Assembly: GCA_937625935.1 (NCBI GenBank)
Contig: OW569383.1
Span: 372,001-436,000, forward strand
From: Tetramitus jugosus
Taxonomy: Eukaryota; Protista; Heterolobosea
Direction: 5' to 3'
Length of the DNA: 64,000 bases
Both the position numbers and the translations under genes were made by a program. Of the stretch, positions 61,101 through 64,000 are shown one piece after another. A model generated the notes under the pieces. It worked only from the letters and a program-made list of their open reading frames with translations, ran no database searches and was not told where the DNA came from. Positions within the stretch are counted from its first letter, which is position 1; each line of letters starts with the position of its first letter.

Positions 61101-64000
61101 CACGAGTCCAGGTATCTTTCGATAAGATCCAACAACTAGTGAGGAGTCTCCTAACAGGCCACCGGCGTTGTGTCCCCATGAAAAAACTGTTCCATTCTTT
61201 GAAACTGCGAAAGAAGTACTCATGGCTGCTGAAATGTGCACAACCTGTTTGGGAAGTGACCTTTCCAATAGAACTGGGACATTTTTTCCTGTAGTAGTGT
61301 TGTCTCCCAACTGACCATTTGGATTCGCTCCCCATGAATATACTTCTCCAAAAGAACCTAATGCAAGCGAATGATGGGCACCTGCTGCTAACTTGATAAT
61401 GTTCGAGAGCCCCCACACCTTCTGGGCCGTCCATGAGTGGCTCGTCGTTCCTGTACCCAGTTGACCATAGGTCCCGTAACCAAACGAGTAAACAGTTCCA
61501 ATACTGGTGAGCAACAAAGAATGAGAGGTTCCACAAAACACTGAAATAGGAATTTCTCCATTTTCCATTCCAATAATCTGTGTTGGTGTGTCATTAAATG
61601 ATGCACTAGTGACAAAAAGACCCCAACCCCAGACTGTTCCATCTAGTTTAACTACTACAACACGATAATTACCAGCACAGCAATCACCAACGTTGCTCAT
61701 TAAATGATGTGGTTTAGTATGATTGTATTTCGATCCATCTCTTAGTTGCCCCCAGGTAAAGAGTTCTCCATCCTTTGACAGAGCAACGGAAAACGATACT
61801 CCAGCTTCCACCTTCTTCAGTACCTTCTTGGTAAGAGAACCTTCCAGGAGCACTAATTCTGCGGTGTATCCTGATGAAGGAATTTCCTCGCTTGCTAGTT
61901 GACCGTAGTTACTAAGTCCCAGACCATACCCAATACCACTCACATCATTCTCACAATTCGAACCGGAATAGCCAGAGTGACAAAGACATAAATCAACATC
62001 TGTACAAACGCCTTTTCCTGAACAAACATTTGGAGCATCATTGTCAATACCGTTACATTGAAAAGAATTACAATTCGAACCCGAGACTGCTTCTTCACAC
62101 GAACATTGATTGAAACTCGTACAATTTCCATGATAGGAACAAACTAACAGATCATCACTCAACACTCCGAAACATGAGAGAGAATTATTGTAGATCACGA
62201 GAGTATGCTGGCTTCCTACTGCTAAACCAACGACCTGGCGGTCAGGAAAAAAAAGCCCATACTTGTTGGGGATGAGTTGCTTCGTAGTTGTTCCATCCCC
62301 AAGTTGACCATATCCATTACTTCCCCACACATATGCAGTCGATTGAGAAATAACACCAACTGAAGTGCCATAAGTTGATATTCTACGAGCAACATGACCC
62401 GAGAGAGTGGTGACAGGTCGATAAGTAGGCGAGTATTGGATGGTGAGAGAATTAATTCCCAATTGACCTTCCAGGTTACTGCCAGCAGAGTATACGATAC
62501 CATCGGCAATAACGTATGACGTGCAACAGGAACCTGCTATCTCTGTTACCTTTTTTCCGAAGAGAGGAGACGTATTCATAGCTTTTGGCTTCCTTACAGC
62601 TGTCCCAGAAGAACCGTCTCCCAACTGACCATTCCAGTTGTAACCCCATCGGTACAATGTTCCATCATCTGCGATAGCCATCGAGAAGTGGCTACCAGCC
62701 GTTATTGCGGCCACCTTCCGCTTGTAAAGCAAACCAGTCAATAGCACAGGCCTGGGGAGATATCGTCTATCTGCTACAAGTCCGTCACCCAGTTGTCCAT
62801 GAACATTGTAACCCCAGGTCAGGATAGTTCCATTTCTTAACATTGCTATGCTGTGATAGGCACCACAAGCAACAGATACCACCTCTCCCCCCAATAGTGA
62901 TCTTTCAATCAAAAACGGAGACGAGAAGTGAGAATTGTTTCCTGTTCCAAGTTGACCATAGCTATTATCACCAAACGACCAAACAGATCCAGTGTCATCA
63001 ACAACCATGGAATGTATGTATCCTGCACACACTGACACCACTTTTCCCTGAAACGGTCCAGGTATCAATACTGGGGTGAACTTGGCAGTGAGAGATCCAT
63101 CTCCTAACTGTCCTCTGTAGTTCTCTCCCACTCCGAACAACGAACCATTTGACAACAACACAAGAGAAAAAGATTGCCCAACTACTGCGAAGTGGACAGA
63201 TTGTTGAGAAAAGGCCGAAGAAACGACAGGTGACAATCGTGTCAATCCAGACTTTCCGAGGTTATCTCCGAGTTGTCCCACTGTATTCTCTCCTGAACCA
63301 TAGAGAAATCCTTCATCTTTTTTTTCACATGTAAGGCCAGAGTATCCTTGATCACAGAGGCAAGTATCGATAGTCATACACTGTCCATGACCAGAACACA
63401 CTGTTGGATCAGAAGAATTCAACCCATAGCAAAATGGTAAACTACAATCTCCTCCAGTGTATCCGTCAATACAAGAACAGACATCATTCCCTGTACAGTT
63501 ACCATGGTTGGAACATACCAAAGGATCAGATTGGAAAATAGAAAAACAAATAACCGAATCGACTAGAAAAAGAGTGTGGGAGGAACCGATAGCAACCTGA
63601 GAGATTTTGCTTAAAGAGATTGGAGGTACAATGTTCTGGACATTTGTTATGTGCAAGCCTGTTGATCCTATTCCAAACTGGCCGTTGGAATCTGTCCCCC
63701 AACCACAAAGTTCGTTCTCTGTGTCAACAGCAAAAACATTCTCGGCCACAAAACTAACATGAATTGTCTTGATCGGACGACCAGATAGTATAGTTGCTTC
63801 GACAGGGACCGTCGAGTATGATGTTACGGCGATGTTTCCAAGCATTCCCGCATTGTTATCTCCCCAAGACATGAGTGTTCCATTAGAAAACACTGCAAAT
63901 GTCGATCTGGGCCCGGCCCCGATCGCGACTGTAACTTCTCCAAGCGTAATTTTGTAAGGCGAAGGTACTGTTGCTCCATCAAGGTTACTCGAACCTAGTT
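37149..64000 (-). CDS. Giant type-I membrane protein: (RCC1 propeller + 2 EGF)n - 25 EGF stalk - beta-rich region - IPT/TIG-like domains - TM - tail; 5' end beyond the window
   Basis: 8,914-aa ORF in the track starts at a GTG, and the frame stays open to 64000 ('LGSSNLDGATVPSPY...STFAVFSNG'). RCC1 blades read 'WGxNxxGQLG...IAAGxxHSLAL' and EGF units read 'CFG...D..VCS.RG.C...D.C.C..GY.G..C'. The TM helix 'VVTAVASIAGSLFLLLLLGLLLVISFLLLW' is followed by 'RILTKRKKKQK'. Confidence 0.93.
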   Translation of the reverse strand, partial: LGSSNLDGATVPSPYKITLGEVTVAIGAGPRSTFAVFSNGTLMSWGDNNAGMLGNIAVTSYSTVPVEATILSGRPIKTIHVSFVAENVFAVDTENELCGWGTDSNGQFGIGSTGLHITNVQNIVPPISLSKISQVAIGSSHTLFLVDSVICFSIFQSDPLVCSNHGNCTGNDVCSCIDGYTGGDCSLPFCYGLNSSDPTVCSGHGQCMTIDTCLCDQGYSGLTCEKKDEGFLYGSGENTVGQLGDNLGKSGLTRLSPVVSSAFSQQSVHFAVVGQSFSLVLLSNGSLFGVGENYRGQLGDGSLTAKFTPVLIPGPFQGKVVSVCAGYIHSMVVDDTGSVWSFGDNSYGQLGTGNNSHFSSPFLIERSLLGGEVVSVACGAYHSIAMLRNGTILTWGYNVHGQLGDGLVADRRYLPRPVLLTGLLYKRKVAAITAGSHFSMAIADDGTLYRWGYNWNGQLGDGSSGTAVRKPKAMNTSPLFGKKVTEIAGSCCTSYVIADGIVYSAGSNLEGQLGINSLTIQYSPTYRPVTTLSGHVARRISTYGTSVGVISQSTAYVWGSNGYGQLGDGTTTKQLIPNKYGLFFPDRQVVGLAVGSQHTLVIYNNSLSCFGVLSDDLLVCSYHGNCTSFNQCSCEEAVSGSNCNSFQCNGIDNDAPNVCSGKGVCTDVDLCLCHSGYSGSNCENDVSGIGYGLGLSNYGQLASEEIPSSGYTAELVLLEGSLTKKVLKKVEAGVSFSVALSKDGELFTWGQLRDGSKYNHTKPHHLMSNVGDCCAGNYRVVVVKLDGTVWGWGLFVTSASFNDTPTQIIGMENGEIPISVFCGTSHSLLLTSIGTVYSFGYGTYGQLGTGTTSHSWTAQKVWGLSNIIKLAAGAHHSLALGSFGEVYSWGANPNGQLGDNTTTGKNVPVLLERSLPKQVVHISAAMSTSFAVSKNGTVFSWGHNAGGLLGDSSLVVGSYRKIPGLVRLLEGVFIREICPSKSANWVTGITIEGVGYSWGTNTYSILGDKTTEQRLEPVAQTVNIHFPTTRLVGVGAGSTHSLLLFNGTRCFGMLADDPLVCSWRGRCTSDDICTCDSGYFGEECEATICFGVNSTNPSVCSSRGTCIAHNICSCTNGLYSGENCEKTVFGYVYAAGYNDQGQLGDDSYLSRSLLGMTSFPLSTDAYVKFISAGQFFSLAITLDGKIFEWGRTSAYGLYYRPRLFSTNTFNSASASMYHAAAVSTDGKVYSWGSNTLNGNVRYSYRSCETCTIFYNWCSDTQCCPNSSPSLCISQPTIIGSLGQGYIYQRTSPHEVSGIPAEAVSVSCGLYHCLVILRNGEVWGWGNNEFGQLGNGQYGVGAQELVPVPVAQNLNSGGTLDNIKIISIAAGLYHSMALSEKGEIYVWGRNDNEQIGDEVEKIPKLRRFPKMLYKETMYKVAFKSISAGAKSSYGLSSEGSVYSWGDNSNYQLGIGSPIGPAPIPIKLNLTSIHSLSSSIFEDSVIAGHLNGDGYGWGKGSNFQLLNGRSESMTHPTPMFKKYVNPVPQTYTNRSIVSVSSGGRHSLILLNGTYCYGLFSDDPYACSWRGICVATDMCICQSGYFGPNCGFTTCFGTNSTDSSVCSGQGICIAHNSCSCSSGFTGSDCSVWLYGETYTVGSNTAGQLGDDYYLSQTVLTSTSYPLSYGEHVKFITAGWDFALAITRKNALYAWGKNSYYNLGDGTTSTAIRPKNILTNHQVVSACAGRYHAIAVTSSGTVYSWGYNTVDATIFCKDNYKPCSETACPCNYPHWAPSISGVLGLGTYYYSKNPRAITFPSLANNEKIVAVSCGTHHAIARSSSGKLYAWGNGEFGRLGVGDAYTRIVPTPVATSSPVKGILSSIRIVHVAVGDRHSIALGGNGEVYTWGSNSVGQLGQNSTIPSVHPSRVSLSMLGAPIIQVTACAFSSYALSATGEIYSWGDNSVGQLGINSTESKRLYPTLVSGLIGVKIVSVSASHQTIIAISADGSAFSWGLNSQGQAVDGSTISKTVPTPVVHPFKDRKIVAASTGNVFSIVLFNTTFCFDYPMDDTMACSTRGNCTDTDTCECDQNYYGESCQFTTCRQYNNTQSEVCSGHGTCIAYDTCKCFVGYAGNNCEQRASGTLISVGNNHLGQLGTGDSIPATKWVRPYESLRKTIIQQISSGSDLSFAISTQGDLFAWGSGSHFRLGTGTISNRHYPSRVWLNKKVLSICSGTYHTVAIASTNEVYSWGFNTANGTTSGLISGQMGIGNSANNSSPQLLSGITGTPVQVACGHLHTLVLTQEGQVWGFGDDSSYGAVGYGRDKIETVPVRVGAFSPIKGVLSDVHVISVSAGQYHSLALTNRGDVYSWGRNSDGQLGDGTLINNRHPRQVKGLLLRKKVVSISAGADSSYAITSEGQLLSWGGNEVGQLGTNSSLSHRSPTLTSIENALLITTGKWSNYVLVTLKNGSAVGFGDNSAFQLGDETNFSAKTPTLVSNPYNSSFIVGAEASSTHSIVLVNGTFCFGTLSEHDEVCSSRGSCVSSDECVCSPGYLGLDCNINVCFGLNESHPDVCSGSGVCVDYNSCSCDTFFSGERCEVSMFGLLYSLGRNDKGQLGDDFYDGTRYLPATKTYYPLTKKYVKQVEASIENSFALTVDGEIYSWGSGTSINNWLGLLGDGTTTQRNRPVRILKAMPQVVDSCVGLTFVLALTSDNTVYVWGMNANSPSILPSSSSKYNGGRVVGLECGSQHALLLVSTGKVYGWGRNWIHQVGDSRVYGTTVSIPVEQQSNVALGEALANIFFIQVAAGEAFSMGLTDQGEVYVWGDNSRGQVASDGVSSTTHARCVGGPLKRLSVKKIAAGRQTAYAVAEDGFLYAWGDNSFGQLGINSTIPMSTTPVRVIGIQNITVLSASVWSDSVQVTTSDGLSYAWGNNANKHLSLETTMSKVLFPHPTFRFENQTSFIVSFSSGSAHSLMIYNGTYCFGILSDDENACSRRGACVGPDECLCDEGYLGNDCSTNICFGKNHTDPRVCSSHGACVAQDTCSCQTMYLGSRCNESVHGLLYAVGHNDYGQLGINLDDLYISIPSPTSYPLTNGVHVSYVATGRHTSFAITTKGELYSWGLGGSGGSLLGDGSIQRNRPVRIMTNTKQVLQACAAKGFAIALTRHNTTIWGTGYNLPTVLTYSEDKGVEELVVECACGTDHVLVRTNTGRVYGYGLNDFQQLGHKYVYGADIDRITLVQANVSQGELLGFERVISIAAGERYSMALTDRGEVFVWGDNSRGQIADGTTSSTDTYHARRVGGLLKRLSVKKIAAGRQTAYAVAEDGFLYAWGDNSFGQLGINSTIPMSTTPVRVIGIQNITVLSASVWSDSVQVTTSDGLSYAWGNNANRHLILNTTTDVLFYPLKIFASNIQTSVIVGISAGESHSMMIYDGTYCFGILSDDENACSRRGACVGPDECLCDEGYLGNDCSINVCYGMNATDPDICSGNGHCVALDSCSCDSQFLGIKCDKPVFGLVYAVGDNSHGQLGDDYSVDRLLPVQTWFPLSYGEYAQSLVAGDQNSYAVTMANKLYSWGRGRLGDSSVSMINRPYPILPNTPRILRACSCLTFGIAITEDNLLFKWDNTLSAAPLNTLDGRDFITQLECGGEHVLLRTTNGSIYGLGSNQFEQLGDHVLYGQTVSVPTKIQGDAYNGELLGLKKVVSIAAGNHYSMALTDRGEVFVWGDNSRGQVASDAVSNSVTSNGRKVEHQFQKNAAIRIAAGRQTAYAIAEDGFLYAWGDNSFGQLGINSTIPMSTTPVRVIGIQNITVLSASVWSDSVQVTTSDGISYAWGNNANRHLSLQTTMPKVLFPHPTFRFENQTSFIVSFSSGSAHALIIYNGTYCFGILSDDENACSRRGACVGPDECLCDAGYLGNDCSINVCYGLNSTDPNVCSGKGYCVALDTCSCEVFTTGAKCELSSYGILYAIGNNQYGQLGDDFDDPQRILPTQTFYPLSHGAYVKCIEAGNQTSYALTLEGSLYSWGRGDSVNVNRGLLGDGTISLRRRPVRIMNDHSHVIHMCSSVDYAVAVTQDNMIYVWGSNGAVPTIRSAPSNNYDNSTVMELACGWQHTLIRTSKGRVYGFGTNKYNQLGQIGSSISSITLIQATANRGELLGFEKVISIAAGESYSMALTDRGEVFVWGDNSRGQIADGTISNTDTYHARRVGGLLKRLSVKKIAAGRQTAYAVAEDGFLYAWGDNSFGQLGINSTIPMSTTPVRVIGIQNITVLSASVWSDSVQVTTSDGLSYAWGNNANRHLSLETTMSKVLFPHPTVRFENQTSFIVSFSSGSAHSLMIYNGTYCFGILSDDENACSRRGACVGPDECLCDAGYLGNDCSINVCYGLNATDPDICSGNGHCVALDSCSCDSQFLGIKCDKPVFGLVYAVGDNSHGQLGDDYSVDRLLPVQTWFPLSYGEYAEFLTTSSDNSFALTVAEVLYSWGRGSVGASSLLGDGSVTQRNRPKTILNGYNIVAACASARYVAAASGNNSVLSWGGNSNLPSVLRPPMENYVDTTIKTLVCGAQHTLLLTSNGKVYGWGNNLHHQLGEQVWYSGQLDTPCPVQGNESRGELLGFEKVISIAAGESYSMALTDRGEVFVWGDNSRGQIADGTISNTDTYHARRVGGLLKRLSVKQIAAGRQTAYAVAEDGFLYAWGDNSFGQLGINSTIPMSTTPVRVIGIQNITVLSASVWSDSVQVTTSDGISYAWGNNANRHLSLQTTMPKVLFPHPTVRFENQTSFIVSFSSGSAHSLMIYNGTYCFGILSDDENACSRRGSCVGPDECLCDAGYLGNDCSINVCFGLRATDPHVCGGKGHCVALDTCSCSFQHSGLQCEDIVYGLLYATGTNNWGQLGDDYYFSQTVAVQTAYPLTHAKFVKHVSAGPENSFAVSIEGELYSWGRGGTSLLSLLGDGSFTNRNRPVRILGGSKFVHVCVGASHAFALTDDREKIFYWGKNSALPHTLALPSDNFGGGKVEELACGNQHLLIRTTNGSVYGWGQNDKTQIGGLSEYDSSLTQTRKIQANAGHGELLGFEKVISIAAGESYSMALTDRGEVFVWGDNSKGQIADGTTTRTDTYHARRVGGLLKRLSVKKIAAGRQTAYAVAEDGFLYAWGDNSFGQLGINSTIPMSTTPVRVIGIQNITVLSASVWSDSVQVTTSDGLSYAWGNNANRHLTISNVSSIISYPFKMHRQEYQSSSVLSFASGTSHSLMIYHGIFCDGVLADDVSVCSFRGICTSDDFCLCMGDYGGTNCSIATCHGLPATHPLVCSGHGSCLYEDTCICDSGHYGTTCNSTDQQFMFASGDDTSSQLGDGFFISRNYPRQASLLTDQKIRFVSAGAGSSYAVSLDRGVFAFGNNDQGQLGDNTTYTRYYPIQLFEDKSIIRLVACSGYTLAVDSNHQVYSWGTNTHGQLGTGNTEPSLVPVNITQYFALETIVDIACGHTHSLAISASGRVFAWGSNTFGELGIGNNMNVVSFPTVVGGVLNIKKIVMVAAGNYHTLALNEDGSVYSWGRNNMGQLGDGTTKSRSLPYRVHSNDVFGKEPVIAIAAGIESSYTLLRNGSLFSWGSNTPSAQLGENSVVISRNYPEIVSLDIDHPILSISVGKNANFLILVVSNGTAHGWGVNSNGQLGDYTFMSRNYSSAVGNTIPERYITSVSAGTTHSLFLYSGLSCFGILFDDPSVCSWRGNCTALDRCECAFTYGGKDCSVAQCSGVNATEPNVCSGHGRCLSLDTCVCFQGFSGSNCEVESYGYLYASGQDSFAQLGVRGIGFRPTVERSTLFYSTPVNLVAPSYEYSLIKTVSGEIYSWGKNWHGQLGDGTTISKGVQQHILSGSTIIGLCGGINHAMALDSNGTVFAWGSNQYGQIGMNSPQDLQLTPTQVTGELLTEDIVAIACGGYHSMALSFNGSVYTWGFNLDGELGIGDFVSKYTPVKVGAILTRKRIIQIAAGKFHSLALDSDGAVYSWGLNDKSQLGDTTNIDKFLPIQIPGLYGKPVSQVTASSSFSMAITMSNSLYSWGNNRHGQLGDGTTTSKKNPTLVTVLPDVRILGVSARESFVHVLTNNRTLFSWGENSFGQLGNGNYSETIVGSVVQVQQQFPNIYPTTVASGDNFTFYLFNGTACFGKFADDPSVCSSQGNCTAQDHCECPPDYNAPDCSGFYCFNYYPNDTRVCSGRGACLAADSCVCLPGYIGDDCSQVVNGYAFSLGKGSIGQLGNGYNLPQKHPVAVGGELFGTVVSHVSSGKDYSIAITVTGEVFGWGLNDRGQLGDGTTITRLLPTAPLGLSGVKAVTGCNGVAHTVIVDSNGQVYTWGYNYRGQLGLGDFADKHEPVLVSGDLQGRKVVQTVCGEAHTAVLIDDGTVYAWGQNDAGQLGNGDNQLSSTPLQVGVGVIDQIVISKLASGWNHVIGIGPYGLLYVWGSNSFGQLGDGVSFNRYSPTPLLNSQFKGKTPISISGSEENTYVIFADGSVFAWGGASRGQIGDNHTSIQRRRYPVRLYDERIQDSRSIFSGRNYVFVLKSNGSSLSWGINNVGQLGNGEISSMESLPVPVVNRYSHRFIHHIAASFEHTLFLYNGTTCFGFLADDENSCSGRGQCVNDNSCMCRDQFLLSDCSGVTCNGILNIDPAVCSGHGVCIPNNTCVCHPNRKGSNCDGVTMGFLFGTGKGSKGELVQGTTHSTNKIIKSISLNTIPVQYVGAGQEFSIILRGDGRMYSVGANSLGQLGDNTPVSRTSLVLTEFSKKNLTATHVAVGYSSVIVTTTGGSLYSWGNNQQGQLGIGQQIISSQSPVLVMPLKSTKMSFVSCGRVHCLGLSASGSVYSWGHNELGQLGDGTQDSIKSGGRPIRVLSIFGIKNAATVFAGAYHSLATTVDGTLYSWGDDSRCQQGQGHPSVKSLVPVKVSGLESEIVVQVSGGEYFSCALTLKKQVWCWGANSRGQLGINSTIDQCLPTRLEALLGYNIVSISSSGSGTTFVLTDAGKVFAWGANSNGQMGDSSNADHMTPRIVGGEFTERYAEFFSTGFSHSMLLYNGVTCFNILADDPDVCSGNGSCIARDTCVCKPGFSGNNCEFTSCFGYNMTDTPNVCSGRGECKYLNTCICDPKKWSGDRCQYINCFGLLSNDPSVCSSRGSCIGPGECNCTTGYNGDRCQYTICHGRNTNDPLVCSGKGYCFEPETCVCLSSPIPGFTGGNCSYPVCYSRYFDRITGVETIYQAPATSIELVLPTNLDCSGHGTCVSPNKCNCSVGYTDRFCSTPICFGLNATNPASCGYGKNGTCVAPNNCTCLTKLDAKGDCIPLTCYGKNLTTTPPSCNSHLGHGNCINVDFCVCTRGYGGAECEQNVCNGILELNSTFVCNGRGYCKLPDQCACSPGFNGTDCQYVNCYGKLDVDSSVCSGHGICSSPDECICDVGYAGLQCQYPICFGILSNDTSNVCSDHGNCLSPDTCECDYGYSGLECFYPSCFEVNTTDVEVCSSHGLCYQPDKCNCTDGWVSRDCSIPLCYGIWGTNRSVCSRYGFCYEPDGCWCSEGRTGSNCELNYCFGFNETDDFVCNQHGKCVAPHKCNCTWNSWTGFDCNIPICFGIAANNYEDVCSGRGNCLYTDVCLCGEGRTGSECELNICYGRNESDANVCSGHGVCYSVDKCNCSYGWEGADCSIPKCYGVAAYFPHVCSGVGTCVYADTCNCSRTFGRTGLECQLSTCFGVNETDPAVCSSNGTCTDVDKCECLEGRTGDQCHLNICSSRNETDPLVCGGHGTCVSPNNCVCFAEAGYTGPNCDTPLCYGKLETDVAVCSYLNGTCIAPDSCLCRAGRVGLQCEINVCFGLNETDSNTCNGHGSCILPDNCKCTSGYTGEECEIPICFGTDGNNRSVCSGFGDCLAPDVCSCDNGKTGNRCELNICFGFSQNSSLVCSGKGNCTAPDICLCTNEYTGTNCSVPICYDLAASNPLVCSGVGACVEPNSCSCLDGYFGDLCQIVQCHGSLSNESTVCSGHGSCRTPDFCSCADGYVSNICDIPICFGDLGNQTSVCSGRGECIAPDNCLCQPRFSGKDCEIVRSESELSHEYLLVSTPDGYLQNISLVDMNFGRAVFSFTSVNSSKTLYSEYSRSFYLIRDEGIYTVSSQSLTLLRASPARAIPDMSTCAVFVRKVSLIIVSVKEDITIHSLSLTNKNNDQVYTLTEYLPFLEENDSRFVTIDPLSDTLFILAQRKQGGAMVILQVSMSNQVSELIVLESFPSIEDVQALLFVNGEVHVMRRNFVSRVHGNQLILVDIYDGFFAGVKLESDSYVYLNDISKNQLSIIPRNKVMDLFTSTYPSELNGKKFTILGKWEPNIDNLYPSGVPADSITSTWIRLTGLHLTIESQSRVTLEDTNAKVNVTAQLFDCRSIGLTGDACFKPSFVWPNGESTVEFTRIIINSVTSSAPIPQPGISLIYFQPHIHSINPTTAKHGDIITVHGSWFSTDRNITCSFLMKKNNGEEMKIEVLSNNVYVRHVECEVPLFEEANNHVVQLTVTMLNREFTPRISPAFFYYVDTSLFTFYDSFDRDTLLNSFEPTQNNLLSIDWIPFEELSSRSMSRITSYISDSNPRAMVRSKMALVDQVDQQLSIEFVIDPGQIGNLVELWYISDHDDSYYVLASVSVVSEDVKTISLSYQLGSLVSTATESCPGFSLGVPHTLSLKLVRPEVEMIHMNETLFNNWLMTQNVSTNSSDPLPDEPWRIDVEVIQGYSEVCTLSFETERTLVDVFKQRLSTGYLAVSQSLTQPQRKVSDSVVSVLIDRIWIGCQYDTCNITDVPKNFIVVTPAVEEVKQFTKGVVTAVASIAGSLFLLLLLGLLLVISFLLLWRILTKRKKKQKQAKLDAWKFEFVLDKNVSSLEDEQFSSFARRMYKVKNEDDNKLRTMLSRKYTQPMDVEMSDMSSPDTSSLSEANLINKTSPYLERRRNAWQS
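39828..42869 (-). repeat. Tandem array of 25 EGF-like repeats (~39-41 aa, six Cys each) forming the stalk of the giant protein
   Basis: Counted by hand from 'CFNILADDPDVCSGNG' to 'CFGDLGNQTSVCSGRG...KDCE'. Confidence 0.9.
42870..64000 (-). repeat. Array of 15 complete plus 1 partial RCC1 propeller modules (~1.3-1.5 kb each) separated by EGF pairs
   Basis: Each module starts '(L/Y)xxxGxNxxGQLG' and ends 'HSxxxxNG(T)x'. Exactly two EGF units follow each one, except the last propeller, which runs into the stalk. Confidence 0.88.
48436..55490. repeat. Six near-identical ~240-bp core DNA blocks, with longer shared flanks in subsets, inside propellers 6-11
   Basis: The block starting 'aagtgc(c/t)tgttggcattgtttcccc' begins at 48436, 49807, 51175, 52546, 53887 and 55252. 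Spacings are 1371, 1368, 1371, 1341 and 1365 nt, all multiples of 3. Confidence 0.92.

Noticed and set aside
37195-63957. Numerous short ORFs overlapping the giant gene, some recurring
   Set aside because: They are antisense or off-frame by-products of the repeated coding modules.
1-64000. tRNA, rRNA, transposase, or a non-standard genetic code
   Set aside because: None was recognised by eye. TAA, TAG and TGA all appear as ORF terminators, and conserved proteins translate intact in the standard code.

Overview
Gene-dense, intron-poor eukaryotic (protist) nuclear DNA read in the standard code. DUF4116 repeats, the 'CFG..DP.VCSG.G.C' EGF repeat type, poly-Asn tracts and short GT-AG introns suggest a heterolobosean (Naegleria-like) amoeba, but this is an inference. 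All domain calls come from motif recognition, with no searches run. The left part (1-33 kb) is tightly packed, mostly with housekeeping genes. These include a 3'-truncated JmjN/JmjC demethylase missing from the ORF track, a TPR protein, a PAP2-like membrane protein, a phosducin-like TXNDC9, an F-box/LRR protein and a Velvet/CBP60-like putative transcription factor. Also present are a stand-alone ArgRS/AIMP1-like leucine zipper, a protein with a split CcbP-like domain, ALDH (2 introns), eIF3e (1 intron), PinX1, a B-box protein, a TRIP12-like WWE-HECT ligase (1 intron), a bacterial-type GNAT and TDP2. The 33-37 kb region holds a frameshifted DUF4116 gene with decayed upstream sequence and a small 2-TM protein. 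The right 27 kb is one uninterrupted minus-strand ORF (about 8,950 codons, open past the window end) encoding a giant type-I membrane protein. It has at least 16 RCC1 propellers separated by EGF pairs, a 25-EGF stalk, IPT/TIG-like domains, one TM helix and a short tail. Six central modules share near-identical DNA blocks in a mosaic pattern, and one loop position carries variable Cys-rich inserts. This is the best candidate for an undescribed, diversifying surface-receptor system.
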